Notes: a model not told the origin generated them from the letters alone. DNA of 64,000 nucleotides from Faecousia sp. (GCA_045635065.1 JAZRBJ010000018.1:676-64675), one strand, 5' to 3'; positions 8,569-18,851 are shown, counted from the first letter of the stretch. Program-made: numbers and translations.

Positions 8569-8985
8569 TTAACCATTTCTCACTTTGTATTTTACAGGTT
8601 TCCTTCCGCTTCTTTTATTAATTCCTACAATACAAGCGGCAAAACTACTTGTGAATACCGTTAGTACACCTAAGATAAGATTTTGGAAATTTCCGTCTCT
8701 TACCAGCAGCACATATAAAAAAATGATAACACAGCACGACGCTGCGTGAATCAGAGCCGCTACCATCTTTTTAAACGCTGATTTACGGCATGTAAACAAT
8801 GCTCCTGCTGTTACCGCCAGCACACGAATGATCAACGACAGGATTGGCAGCCTGTCCATTGACATCCATTCTGAATTGATCAAGTATGTAATCAGTAATG
8901 CGCCAAATAGAAAGCACATTACACTAATCAAAAGTCCCACAGCAATTATGGAGATACCCGCATTCTTGTTTTTGAGATGTATCAT
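8569..8985 (-). CDS. Four-TM membrane protein (TIGR04086/YrzE-like)
   Basis: Four hydrophobic helices and a basic C-terminus; RBS GGGGAGGGG before ATG 8985. Confidence 0.55.
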   Translation of the reverse strand: MIHLKNKNAGISIIAVGLLISVMCFLFGALLITYLINSEWMSMDRLPILSLIIRVLAVTAGALFTCRKSAFKKMVAALIHAASCCVIIFLYVLLVRDGNFQNLILGVLTVFTSSFAACIVGINKRSGRKPVKYKVRNG

Positions 8986-9026
8986 TGTCCCCTCCCCTTT
9001 CATTACATCTTATTCTTATACATAAT

Positions 9027-9062
9027 AAAAATACCGGGACAGAATAAATCTGTCCCGGTTAA
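9027..9062 (-). terminator. Terminator of the phosphomutase gene
   Basis: ACCGGGACAGA...TCTGTCCCGGT with an A-run on the plus strand. Confidence 0.8.
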
Positions 9063-9076
9063 GCCGAGGGGATACA

Positions 9077-10771
9077 TTATTTTGACATTTGCTCTTTCAT
9101 GGCATTCAACAATGCAAGAGATTCCTCCTTGGTAGGCGCAACAACTGTGTAGTAGAACTTAACTTTCGGCTCTGTACCGGAGGGTCGAACAATCACACTT
9201 CCCTGATTGCCCAGAATATATTCCAGAACATTGGATTTAGGCAATTCAATCAACGATTCTGCGCCGGTAATCAGATCCCGAGAAATGCTGCTACGGTAAT
9301 CACGAACAACGGTGATCTTAGCGCCGCCGATTTCCTTAGGAATATCGTCACGCAAATCCGCCATAATCCTTGCCGCCTTTTCCATAGCATCAGCGCCCTT
9401 CAATTCCACGCTTTGCACATGCGCAAGGTACTGACCATAAGTGGCATACAGGTCGTCGAGAGCATCCAGGATTGTTTTTCCCTGAAGCTTCAAAGATGCA
9501 GCCATTTCGCAAACAAGCATGGAGGCAACAACAGCGTCCTTATCACGGGCATAGGTACCTTTTAAATAACCGCAGCTTTCTTCGAAGCCAAAAATATATT
9601 TATATGCTTCATCCTTTTCTTCCAAAGCGAGAATCTCACCGCCAATATATTTAAATCCGGTAAGAACACACTTCATGGTTACTCCGTAATGTTCTGCAAT
9701 GCGGTCTGCAAGTGGAGAAGAAACAATGCTTCGAACAACGATTGCACCCTGGGGAATATCGTTTTTGAGGCTGCGTGCTTTCAGTATATAGTCCATAAGC
9801 AAACAGCCCAATTCATTGCCGGAAAGCTTCTTATAGCCATCAGAGCTGGGAACGGCAATGGCAACTCGGTCACAATCGGGATCCGTGCCGAGGATCACAT
9901 CACAAGGCACACAATCAGCAACCTTATAGCTTTCGTTCAGGGCTGCATCGGTTTCAGGGTTAGGATATTCACAGGTCTTAAAATCTCCGTCAGGCTTTTC
10001 CTGGACCTCCACAACCGAAATATTGACATTTAGCCGTCCAAGCACTTGCCGAACTGGTTCATTGCCGGTACCGCAAAGAGGCGTATAGACAATGTTAAGA
10101 CCTGCAGATTTAAGCATTTCGGCGTCTACGGCTTCATTTAGAACGGTTTGATAATATTTCTCCCAAACATCTTGCCCGATGAAGGAGATCAGCCCGTTTT
10201 GCATATATTCTTCAAAGGATTTTATTTCCGGAATGAAATAGGGAATTTCAGAAATCTTATCGGTGACAATCGCTGCAGGCTCGTCTGTCATCTGGCAACC
10301 ATCTGCGCCGTAGCATTTCACGCCATTGTATTCACCCGCATTATGGCTGGCGGAAATAACAATGCCGCAGCCGCATTTCAGTTCCCGGACGGCGAAGGAA
10401 AGCATAGGTGTCGGCGCAAGCCTGTCGTATAAACAGGTATGAATACCCGCCTCGGCAAAAGCGACAGCGCAAACCTCAGCAAACAGCCGGGAGTTATGGC
10501 GGGAGTCATATCCAATTGCGGCTCGTTGGGGAAGCTCGGTGGAAGACAGCCATGCAGCCATGCCCTGGGCAGCCCGGCGGACAGTATAACGGTTCAACCG
10601 ATTGCTTCCAATACCCATTATGCCGCGCATGCCTGCAGTACCAAATTGAAGGTCACCGGAAAAACGGCTTTTCAGCTCTTCATCATTTGTTGCAATTCCT
10701 TGCAATTCATTTCTCTCAACATCCAGCAAAGGTGCTTTGCACCATTGTTCATACCTTTGCATATAATTCAT
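9077..10771 (-). CDS. pgcA: Phosphoglucomutase/phosphomannomutase
   Basis: FGTAGMRG, SASHN phosphoserine loop, DPDCDR metal loop, FEES and RPSGTEPK. Confidence 0.9.
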   Translation of the reverse strand: MNYMQRYEQWCKAPLLDVERNELQGIATNDEELKSRFSGDLQFGTAGMRGIMGIGSNRLNRYTVRRAAQGMAAWLSSTELPQRAAIGYDSRHNSRLFAEVCAVAFAEAGIHTCLYDRLAPTPMLSFAVRELKCGCGIVISASHNAGEYNGVKCYGADGCQMTDEPAAIVTDKISEIPYFIPEIKSFEEYMQNGLISFIGQDVWEKYYQTVLNEAVDAEMLKSAGLNIVYTPLCGTGNEPVRQVLGRLNVNISVVEVQEKPDGDFKTCEYPNPETDAALNESYKVADCVPCDVILGTDPDCDRVAIAVPSSDGYKKLSGNELGCLLMDYILKARSLKNDIPQGAIVVRSIVSSPLADRIAEHYGVTMKCVLTGFKYIGGEILALEEKDEAYKYIFGFEESCGYLKGTYARDKDAVVASMLVCEMAASLKLQGKTILDALDDLYATYGQYLAHVQSVELKGADAMEKAARIMADLRDDIPKEIGGAKITVVRDYRSSISRDLITGAESLIELPKSNVLEYILGNQGSVIVRPSGTEPKVKFYYTVVAPTKEESLALLNAMKEQMSK

Positions 10772-10792
10772 AAAACAGACCTCCCTTGTTTT

Positions 10793-10826
10793 AAAAAACA
10801 GCTCAAATAAATTTGAGCTGTTTTTT
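10793..10826. terminator. Intrinsic terminator
   Basis: AAAAAACAGCTCAAAT-aa-ATTTGAGCTGTTTTTT. Confidence 0.85.
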
Positions 10827-10835
10827 ATGTTTCAA

Positions 10836-11342
10836 TCAAACCTCAGCGCTGATGTTGGAAACACCGGACTTCTTTTCCTGTGCTTCAGCCAGAGCTCTAA
10901 ACTTGGAACGGGTCTCACGAACCTCATCCAAGGACTGTGCAATTGCCTCTTCGGTGCGGCGAAGGGCGTCATCCATATAGTCATTGCTTGCTTTGCGCAG
11001 CTCTGCCATACGAACCTGTGTCTGCAGCACCATCTCCTGGCACTGACGCTTGGCTTCCTGATAAATGGACTCCTGGGAAACCAGCTCCGCTGCCTTTTCC
11101 TGTGCCTGGCGAACAATACCCTCTGCCTCACGACGGGCCTGACCAATTAATTCATTGCGGGACTCTACGATAGCGCGGGACTGCTTCAACTCTGTAGGCA
11201 GCTGTGCAATGATCTCGTCCAGCATATCCAGAAGCTTATCGCGCTCCACAATGCATTTATCAGCGCCCAGGGGCAAAGATCTTGCATCCTGAATAGTGTC
11301 ATACAATACGGTAATAATGTCTTCAATGTGTTGCTCGTTCAT
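10836..11342 (-). CDS. Coiled-coil protein of the family usually found after coaD (DivIVA/ATPase-subunit-like)
   Basis: ARSLPL..CIVERDKLLDMLDEI...LP.EL motif, long coiled coil, rsmD-coaD synteny. Confidence 0.75.
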   Translation of the reverse strand: MNEQHIEDIITVLYDTIQDARSLPLGADKCIVERDKLLDMLDEIIAQLPTELKQSRAIVESRNELIGQARREAEGIVRQAQEKAAELVSQESIYQEAKRQCQEMVLQTQVRMAELRKASNDYMDDALRRTEEAIAQSLDEVRETRSKFRALAEAQEKKSGVSNISAEV

Positions 11343-11346
11343 TTCG

Positions 11347-11841
11347 TTATCCTCCTTGACGGATATTTTTTATTCTTTGTTTAAACTCGGGTATGATTTG
11401 TTCCGGTAAGAAATCAGAAAGGTCAACATCGTAGCTTCCAAGTTCCTTCACTGTACTGGAACTCAGATACATATACTGATGCTCAGCAGTAAGGAACATG
11501 GTATCTAAGGTAGGGTTGATCTTATGGTTGATCAAGGCCATCTGGAATTCATTTTCAAAATCGGAACCCGCTCGCAAACCTTTTACAACGACACAACTGC
11601 CTTTTTGTTTTGCATAATCAGCCAGCAATGCATCCGATGAATCTACCTCAACATTGGGAAGATCAGAAGTTACCTTACGGATCATTTCTACCCGCTCATC
11701 CCGTGTAAACATAGGAGATTTGCCGGAATTAATCATTACGCAAACAATTAAGCGATCAAAGATATTGGATGCGCGTTGAATAATATTCAAATGACCACTG
11801 GTGATTGGATCAAAGCTTCCCGGATAAATTGCAATTTTCAT
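11347..11841 (-). CDS. coaD: Phosphopantetheine adenylyltransferase
   Basis: YPGSFDPITSGH, KGLR..DFENE and LSSS motifs. Confidence 0.98.
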   Translation of the reverse strand: MKIAIYPGSFDPITSGHLNIIQRASNIFDRLIVCVMINSGKSPMFTRDERVEMIRKVTSDLPNVEVDSSDALLADYAKQKGSCVVVKGLRAGSDFENEFQMALINHKINPTLDTMFLTAEHQYMYLSSSTVKELGSYDVDLSDFLPEQIIPEFKQRIKNIRQGG

Positions 11842-11852
11842 AATGGAAACCT

Positions 11853-12398
11853 TTACTCTTCTTTTCGGTAAACCGTAAGATAGGTTTTTCCGTATTTATA
11901 ATCTTTTGAACGAGTAAACCCGTCAAAATCCAAGGAAAGAGCCTTCTCAATCGGTCGTTCTGCAATTATTATACCACCAGATTGCAAAATGTCAATTTCC
12001 GTAACAATTTTTAATGAATTTTCTAAAAAATCTTCTGCATAAGGCGGATCCAGTAAAATGATATTAAATTTATCCTTTGTGGTGGTCAAATAGGTTTTAT
12101 AATCATTTTGTACAACAGTGGCTTGATTTTCCATTTTTGTGCGGCGAATATTTTCTTTTATAAGATTGCAGGCATCTTTTCGCACATCCACAAATACAGT
12201 GCGCTCTGCTCCCCTGCTGATGGCTTCCAAGCCCAACTGTCCGGTACCGCCAAAAAGGTCCAGTACCTTTGCACCGGGAAGATCAAACTGGATTATACTG
12301 AATAACGCTTCCTTTACACGGTCAGCAGTAGGTCTGGTAAGAAATCCATCCGGGGTTTTTAACGAAATGCCTTTCGCTTTTCCGGCAATAATTCTCAT
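11853..12398 (-). CDS. rsmD: 16S rRNA m2G966 methyltransferase
   Basis: MRIIAG, TRPTADRVKEALF, LDLFGGTG and DPPY. Confidence 0.95.
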   Translation of the reverse strand: MRIIAGKAKGISLKTPDGFLTRPTADRVKEALFSIIQFDLPGAKVLDLFGGTGQLGLEAISRGAERTVFVDVRKDACNLIKENIRRTKMENQATVVQNDYKTYLTTTKDKFNIILLDPPYAEDFLENSLKIVTEIDILQSGGIIIAERPIEKALSLDFDGFTRSKDYKYGKTYLTVYRKEE

Positions 12399-12412
12399 AG
12401 CATCACCTGTTA

Positions 12413-14224
12413 TCAATGATAATGTTTATATACGGACATTGCAGCATCTTTTGGTAGAATGCGCTCCAATTCAGGCACAGTTGCAGAAGAAATCTCACGC
12501 AAAGATCCAAAATGTCTCAAAAGGTCCTGTTTTCTTTTGGCTCCAATTCCGGGAATAGAATCCAATTCAGAATAACGAAGCCGCTTGCTTCTTAATTTAC
12601 GATGATACGAAATTGCAAATCGGTGGGTTTCCTCTTGGATATTTCCAATAAAGGAAAAAACTGATTGATTGCAATCAATGGATATTTCCATTCCGTCGGG
12701 AGACACAAGCGCCCTGGTTCTGTGCCGGGAATCCTTAACCATACCAAATATGGGAACAGCAAGATCGAACAGTTTCAATATTTCAGCGGCGACTTTGGCA
12801 TGCCCAACACCGCCGTCAATAAGAAGCAAATCCGGCTGCTCAGAAAAACCCTCATCCCCATTCTTCAGGCGTTCAAATCGACGGAATAAGGTTTGACGCA
12901 TGGATGCGTAATCGTCTTGATCGGTCAATTCCTTAATCTTAAACCGCTTATAGTCCTTCTTAGAGGCTTTCCCGTTGACAAATACAACCATTGCAGAAAC
13001 GATATCCGTACCGGAAATGTTGGAAATATCGTAGGATTCGATTCGTTTTAGCGGAGATATTACTAACATCTTTCCCAAAAGCTCCAGAATTGCAGCGGTT
13101 TTTTCATCATATCCTGTTACCCGCTGCGCCTCTTCCAAAGCATTCTGGCAGGCGATGGTTACAAGCTTGCGCTTATCTCCCCTTTCGGGAACAACCAAAC
13201 GCACGGCATGACCCGCTTTTTCTGCAAACAAAGTTTCCAGCAATTCTTCGTCTTCAAAGTGGAATGGATAATAGATATATTGGGGGAATGTTTCCCGGGA
13301 AATATAATATTGCTTAACAAGGCTGGATAGTGCCTCTTCCTTGTTCTCCTGGAATGAAATAATATCATATTCCTTTTCCAGCAGATTGCCCATGCTGTAA
13401 TGAAGCACGGAAAAGCACGCCTTTGTTTCTGTCTGATCAAAGCCAATTACATCTGTATCTGCTCTGTGCAAAGCGGTAACAAGCTGTTTTTGCCCTAAAG
13501 ATTCCACAGCGATAAGTCTGTCACGCAGCATAGCCGCCAGTTCAAAGTTCATTTGATCTGCCGCGCTAATCATTTGACTGCGAATTTCTGATGCAACCTG
13601 CTTATAGTTTCCGGAAAGAAGCTGCCTAGCCTGCTCAATACACTCCCTGTATGCATCGCTACTGCAACTTTCCATACACCAGCCGGTGCATTGATTCATG
13701 TGATAATTCAGGCAGGGCCTGTCTTTCCCAATATCCCTGGGGAACACTTTTTTACATTTCGGTAGCTTTAATGTGGTTAAAAGAATATCAACGATCCCCT
13801 GGGTGGTGCTTCGGCTTCCGTAAGGACCAAAATAAAGCGCCCCATCTTTTGAGATTTTGGATGAGAGTTGTAAACAAGGATATGGGGATTTAATATCAAG
13901 GCGAATGTACGGAAAGCCCTTATCATCCTTTAACAGTATATTGTATTTCGGCATATACTGTTTGATTTGCGCACACTCCAAAATGAGCGCCTCAAATTCA
14001 GAGGACGCAACAATAACATCAAATTCATTGATATTGGAGACCATCAATCTGGTTTTGCGGGAATGAGAATCGGAATCCAAAAAATACTGGCTGACCCGGT
14101 TTCTAAGCTTTTTTGCCTTGCCGACATAAATGACTTTATTCTGTTTATCCCGCATGATATAAACGCCCGGAGCCATGGGCAAACTATGGGCTTTCGTCTT
14201 CAATTCATCAAAAGTCATAGACAT
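12413..14224 (-). CDS. uvrC: Excinuclease ABC subunit C
   Basis: GIY-YIG domain (PGVYIM..YVGKAK), RIESYDISN, LIDGG and C-terminal HhH (IPGIG). Start is 14224 or 14218. Confidence 0.97.
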   Translation of the reverse strand: MSMTFDELKTKAHSLPMAPGVYIMRDKQNKVIYVGKAKKLRNRVSQYFLDSDSHSRKTRLMVSNINEFDVIVASSEFEALILECAQIKQYMPKYNILLKDDKGFPYIRLDIKSPYPCLQLSSKISKDGALYFGPYGSRSTTQGIVDILLTTLKLPKCKKVFPRDIGKDRPCLNYHMNQCTGWCMESCSSDAYRECIEQARQLLSGNYKQVASEIRSQMISAADQMNFELAAMLRDRLIAVESLGQKQLVTALHRADTDVIGFDQTETKACFSVLHYSMGNLLEKEYDIISFQENKEEALSSLVKQYYISRETFPQYIYYPFHFEDEELLETLFAEKAGHAVRLVVPERGDKRKLVTIACQNALEEAQRVTGYDEKTAAILELLGKMLVISPLKRIESYDISNISGTDIVSAMVVFVNGKASKKDYKRFKIKELTDQDDYASMRQTLFRRFERLKNGDEGFSEQPDLLLIDGGVGHAKVAAEILKLFDLAVPIFGMVKDSRHRTRALVSPDGMEISIDCNQSVFSFIGNIQEETHRFAISYHRKLRSKRLRYSELDSIPGIGAKRKQDLLRHFGSLREISSATVPELERILPKDAAMSVYKHYH

Positions 14225-14229
14225 CACCG

Positions 14230-14266
14230 AAAAAACCGCCTCAGTTCTTAATGTACTGAGGCGGTA
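14230..14266 (-). terminator. Terminator after ptsH, abutting the uvrC start
   Basis: Minus strand ACCGCCTCAGT...ACTGAGGCGGT-TTTTT. Confidence 0.8.
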
Positions 14267-14270
14267 ATGC

Positions 14271-14531
14271 TTAAAATATATCTTTTTGCAGAAGGGCTTC
14301 CAATGCGTCAACCGCTTGTTCAGCATCAGAGCCGGAAGCAATCAGGGTAACCATACTGCCGGAAACAACACTCAGGGACATAATTCCTAAAAGGCTTTTT
14401 GCGTTCATCTTCCGATTACCGGATTCCAGCCAAATATTGGACTCAAATTCATTGGCCTTCTGAACGAAGTATGTCGCTTGCTTATTATGCAGGCCGGATT
14501 CGCAGCGGACAACAACATCCTTGTTAATCAT
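14271..14531 (-). CDS. ptsH: HPr-family phosphocarrier
   Basis: GLH (His15) and NAKSLLGIMSL (Ser46); 86 aa. Confidence 0.88.
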   Translation of the reverse strand: MINKDVVVRCESGLHNKQATYFVQKANEFESNIWLESGNRKMNAKSLLGIMSLSVVSGSMVTLIASGSDAEQAVDALEALLQKDIF

Positions 14532-14586
14532 AGCTTTATACTCTCCTTAATGCTTGATACAATTAATATCAAACTTAACTCTATAT

Positions 14587-14614
14587 ATCATAGCAAATAT
14601 ATTGGAATTGTCAA
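14587..14614 (-). promoter_or_regulatory. Sigma-A promoter for ptsH
   Basis: TTGACA-16 bp-TATGAT with an extended TG on the minus strand. Confidence 0.7.
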
Positions 14615-14665
14615 CCGCTTTAACCGGAGAATGCAGAAAAACAGAAAACAAATTTCCGACATGAA

Positions 14666-17044
14666 TCACAAAAATTCAGCAATAGTGACACCGTCCTCAC
14701 CTTCCCCGTAAACACCAAGCCTGAACTTTTTTACAAATTTATTCTTTCGCAATGCTTGCTGTACTGCAGTTCGTAAAACACCGGTGCCTTTTCCATGAAT
14801 AATGCGAACTGATTGCAGGTTGGAACGCATGGCTTCATCCAGATACCGCTCCAAAACGCAGATCGCCTCCACAGAATCCATGCCACGAAGATCAACCTCA
14901 CTCGACATAGCTGCCATCTTCATTTCTCTGCCGGAATGGGCGGGACGATCACCCTTTTCCTTATAAGGATTTATATTTTCCATCAAATATACTTCATCCG
15001 GCTTTGCATTCATCTTCAAAATGCCAGCTTGGAGCTGATAGGTGCCGTCTTTATTGATGGCAATTACGCTGGCTTTTGTTCCCAGCTTCAGCAGCTCCAC
15101 CGTATCGCCAATCATAATCCCTCTGGAGGGCGCAGGACGGTCCTGTACGGCATTTTCTGTTCTAAGCTTATTCTGCGCATCGTTCAGATTTCTGCGCAGC
15201 TCAGCCTGTCTCTGATTGATGCCATTGAGATCTGCATTTTCTGTTAACTGTTTCTTAATTGCCTTCAGCTCTTCCGAGGCGGCATTGGCGGCAATTCTTG
15301 CATCTTCAATAATTCCGCGAGCCTCTTCCCTGGCTTTTTCCAGTGCTTTTTCCCGTTCAATTTGAATTTGCCGGTTAAATTCTTCGTTTTGAATCTTGAT
15401 TTTTACTGTTTCCTTATGAAGACGCTCCGCCTCTGCTCTGGCAGTTTCCATTTGCTGACGCTGCTGCTCCAGCTGGGTAAGAACATCTTCAAAATCCTTA
15501 TCGTTTTTACCAACAAGATCCAATGCTTCCTTCAAAATGTCCTCACTCAAGCCAAGTTTCCGGGAAATGGCGAACGCATTGGATTTGCCCGGGATACCAA
15601 TAAGCAGTTTATAAGTAGGCTGCAATGTTTCCACGCTGAATTCACAGGATGCATTGATGACACCCTTTGTACGCATGGCAAACAGCTTTAATTCTGCATA
15701 ATGGGTGGTAGCAATCACTCGACTTCCCATTTTCCTGCAAAATTCGATGAGGGCAATGGCAAGAGCGGCGCCTTCTGCCGGATCAGTACCTGCTCCAAGC
15801 TCATCGAAAAGAACCATGGTTCGGTTATCGCACTCTGCAACGATGTCTACAATTGTGCGCATATGGCTGGAAAAAGTGGACAGGCTTTGGGCGATGGATT
15901 GCTCATCGCCAATATCCGCAAGAATGGCATCAAAGGTGGAAAGCTCACTTCCGTCCCCTGCCGGAACATGCAAACCGCATTCTGCCATCAAAGTAAACAA
16001 GCCAACGGTTTTCAAGGTAACTGTTTTACCACCGGTGTTGGGGCCGGTGATGATCATGGAATCAAAATCCGTGCCAATATGCAAGGAAATAGGCACAACC
16101 GTTTTTTTGTCGATCAACGGGTGACGGGCATTACGAAGCAGAACTCTGCCCTCATTGTTCATTTTTGGCTCCCAGGCACACATTCTATAGGAAAGCTTTG
16201 CTTTTGCAAAAATTACATCCAGGGTAACAAGCATTTTATAATTTAGACGAATGCCTTCTGCATGGGCCGCGACTTCGGCAGAAAGTTCCGCCAAGATCCG
16301 CTCAATCTCCCGTTTTTCCTTGATTTCCAGCTCCCGAAGCATGTTGTTGGCATTCACGGCAGACATCGGCTCCACAAAATAAGTAGATCCGGTAGCGGAA
16401 ACATCATGTACCATTCCGGGAATATCATTTTTACATTCACTTTTTACAGGAACTACATAACGGCCCTGGCGAATGGTAATAATAGGTTCTCTTAAGAATT
16501 TGGAATAGGTCGGAGAAGAAATGATTTTTTGCAGGCCATCACGAATTTTTGCAGACTGAATCCGCATATGCCGACGAATGTCAGAAAGCTCAGGGCTGGC
16601 ATTGTCTGCAATCTCTTCTTCCGAAAGAATAGCGCCAAATATCCTATCCTCCAAATACTTATTGGGTGATAACGCCATAAAGAAAGGATCCAATACAGTA
16701 GGAGCATCATCCTCACTGCGGTAAGAATGAATATTGCGGGTACAGCGAAGCACACCGGCCACAGCAAGTAATTCCTTAGGTTGCAGGCTCCCTCCCCTAT
16801 CGCAGCGTTCCAATGAAGCATCCACATTTTGTACGCCGGAAAAATTAGGATTACCCTTTTTAGTGCATAGATCACCGGCAGCAGTTGTTTGTGTTTGCAA
16901 TTGCTGTACTGTTTCCAAATCAGAATCCGGAACCAGATTCAGACAGGCTTCCTTGCCGTCAGCGCTGCCGGCGCACTCTGCAAGCATGAAAAGAACCTGG
17001 TCCAGCTCCAGCTTTTTCAAAGATTTAAGATATAGCTCTGTCAT
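14666..17044 (-). CDS. mutS2: MutS2 (endonuclease / ribosome collision splitting factor)
   Basis: ITGPNTGGKT, LSTFSSHM, DELGAGTDP, coiled coil, KOW and Smr (IIHGKGTG). Confidence 0.97.
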   Translation of the reverse strand: MTELYLKSLKKLELDQVLFMLAECAGSADGKEACLNLVPDSDLETVQQLQTQTTAAGDLCTKKGNPNFSGVQNVDASLERCDRGGSLQPKELLAVAGVLRCTRNIHSYRSEDDAPTVLDPFFMALSPNKYLEDRIFGAILSEEEIADNASPELSDIRRHMRIQSAKIRDGLQKIISSPTYSKFLREPIITIRQGRYVVPVKSECKNDIPGMVHDVSATGSTYFVEPMSAVNANNMLRELEIKEKREIERILAELSAEVAAHAEGIRLNYKMLVTLDVIFAKAKLSYRMCAWEPKMNNEGRVLLRNARHPLIDKKTVVPISLHIGTDFDSMIITGPNTGGKTVTLKTVGLFTLMAECGLHVPAGDGSELSTFDAILADIGDEQSIAQSLSTFSSHMRTIVDIVAECDNRTMVLFDELGAGTDPAEGAALAIALIEFCRKMGSRVIATTHYAELKLFAMRTKGVINASCEFSVETLQPTYKLLIGIPGKSNAFAISRKLGLSEDILKEALDLVGKNDKDFEDVLTQLEQQRQQMETARAEAERLHKETVKIKIQNEEFNRQIQIEREKALEKAREEARGIIEDARIAANAASEELKAIKKQLTENADLNGINQRQAELRRNLNDAQNKLRTENAVQDRPAPSRGIMIGDTVELLKLGTKASVIAINKDGTYQLQAGILKMNAKPDEVYLMENINPYKEKGDRPAHSGREMKMAAMSSEVDLRGMDSVEAICVLERYLDEAMRSNLQSVRIIHGKGTGVLRTAVQQALRKNKFVKKFRLGVYGEGEDGVTIAEFL

Positions 17045-17068
17045 GATAAAACTCCTAATGTAAAGCCC

Positions 17069-17815
17069 TTAGACCAAAAATAATGATTTATAAAAATCCA
17101 GGGTTGAAAAGCCTCGCTCCAGTTGCGTGGATAAGTAAACTTCTGTCAAATGGGATAAGGACTCCATATCGGCATCCGGAATTTTAAAAGAGAAAAGCCG
17201 TTTGGGGTCACAATCGGCAATAAATCGCATGCCGTCCAGCATACTTGGTGTAACCGGAATGCGAAGTCCCTGTGAATAGGGATCGCGACACTTTCCGCAC
17301 TCCAACATACCGGAAGAAACATCAAACCGATCTGGAACCGGATTTCCACACTGATTACATCCACTTAAATCCGGAAAATATCCGGCAAGGCATGCGCAAC
17401 GGAACTCAAATACAGCTTTGACCTTCGCTTCGGATATTTCAGACCCGGAAAGAACAAATAAAGAATTCAGCACCAACGACAACAGCTGCGGATTGGGAAT
17501 GTCCTCCTGGGAAATGACTTCTGCCACCTGTGCGAAATAGGTTCCCAGGGAAAGCTTTTGCAGTTCTCTGCGAAGTCCGTGAAACAATTCAACAGCATGC
17601 GCTTCGTTTACCGTATACATATCCCGGTATTCAAACAGTGTAAATTCACTGAGCGTCAGCAGCTGACAGGCAGCGGTATGGGGGCAGTTTTTTCTGCGCA
17701 ATCCCCGTACTTTAACCGTCATTCTGCCACGATCTGAGGTTAATAAAGTAAGAAGTGCATCTCTATCCTTGTAATCCACTATTCTGAGTACCAGACCCCG
17801 AATCGTTAAATACAT
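17069..17815 (-). CDS. recO: DNA repair protein RecO
   Basis: GLVLR..DYKDRD OB fold, C4 zinc site, era-yqzL-recO synteny. Confidence 0.93.
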   Translation of the reverse strand: MYLTIRGLVLRIVDYKDRDALLTLLTSDRGRMTVKVRGLRRKNCPHTAACQLLTLSEFTLFEYRDMYTVNEAHAVELFHGLRRELQKLSLGTYFAQVAEVISQEDIPNPQLLSLVLNSLFVLSGSEISEAKVKAVFEFRCACLAGYFPDLSGCNQCGNPVPDRFDVSSGMLECGKCRDPYSQGLRIPVTPSMLDGMRFIADCDPKRLFSFKIPDADMESLSHLTEVYLSTQLERGFSTLDFYKSLFLV

Positions 17816-17909
17816 GTTTGTCCTCCATCCTGCGGGAATGATTGTACAGCAGATAAAATTCGGGCGCTCCGGTTTCCAGAAACAAGCTCCAATAATTCGT
17901 AGAATCCAT
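17763..17909 (-). CDS. yqzL: YqzL-family small protein (48 aa)
   Basis: Not in the ORF track. Manual translation MDSTNYWSLFLETGAPEFYLLYNHSRR...; GGAGGGG RBS; between era and recO. Confidence 0.8.
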   Translation of the reverse strand: MDSTNYWSLFLETGAPEFYLLYNHSRRMEDKHVFNDSGSGTQNSGLQG

Positions 17910-17963
17910 GTAATCCCCTCCCATGGCTAGGATTTGCATAAATTGGGGGATTAGACATGGAAA

Positions 17964-18851
17964 TTATTCGCTGTAACCAAAGTTGCGGATCAGAAAATCA
18001 CTATCACGCCAGTTTTCTTTAACCTTAACCCAAGTAGTCAAAAACACTTGCGTACCCATGAATTTCTCGCAATCTGCCCGGGCCATGGTGGAGATTTTCT
18101 TCAGCATATCTCCTCTTTTACCGATAATAATGCCCTTATGGCTAGGTTTTTCGCAATAAATAGTGGCATCAATATCAATGATTCCATTATCCCGCTCGGA
18201 GAATTTGGTAATCTCAACCGCAGTACCGTGAGGTACCTCCCGATCCAGACACCAAAGCAGTTTTTCCCGAATAATTTCTGCCATAACCTGGCGTTCAGGC
18301 TGGTCGGTTGTTGTATCTGCAGGGAAAAGAAACGGACTGTCCACAGCAAATTTTTCGCAGACTTCCAGAAGGCTTTCCACTCCATCGCCTGTTTTTGCAG
18401 AAATGGGAATGATGGCATCGAAGGATGCCGCCTGGGAATAAAGAGCGATCACCCCTAAAAGCGCTTCTTTCTCCACGGTGTCGATTTTATTAATAACCAG
18501 AACTGTAGGACATTTTTTAGAGGTCAGTTGTTCGATTAGCCCCTCTTCCTGCGCACCGATATTTGCAACCGGTTCCACCACCAGAATTGTAAGATCCACA
18601 TCGGAAATGGATTCCTTGGCAACATTAACCATGTAGTCACCCAGCTTTGTTCTGGGTTTATGATAGCCGGGTGTATCAACAAATACAAACTGGGTTTCAT
18701 TTCGCTGAACAATACCGCAAATTCGGTTGCGGGTAGTTTGAGGCTTATTGGAAACAATGGCGATTTTTTCTCCGACCAAATAGTTTATCAGGGTGGATTT
18801 ACCCACATTAGGGCGTCCGGCAATGGTGATCATTGCAGATTTTGTAGCCAT
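17964..18851 (-). CDS. era: GTPase Era
   Basis: GRPNVGKST, PQTTRN, DTPG, NKID and KH domain (KGIIIGKRG). Confidence 0.98.
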   Translation of the reverse strand: MATKSAMITIAGRPNVGKSTLINYLVGEKIAIVSNKPQTTRNRICGIVQRNETQFVFVDTPGYHKPRTKLGDYMVNVAKESISDVDLTILVVEPVANIGAQEEGLIEQLTSKKCPTVLVINKIDTVEKEALLGVIALYSQAASFDAIIPISAKTGDGVESLLEVCEKFAVDSPFLFPADTTTDQPERQVMAEIIREKLLWCLDREVPHGTAVEITKFSERDNGIIDIDATIYCEKPSHKGIIIGKRGDMLKKISTMARADCEKFMGTQVFLTTWVKVKENWRDSDFLIRNFGYSE

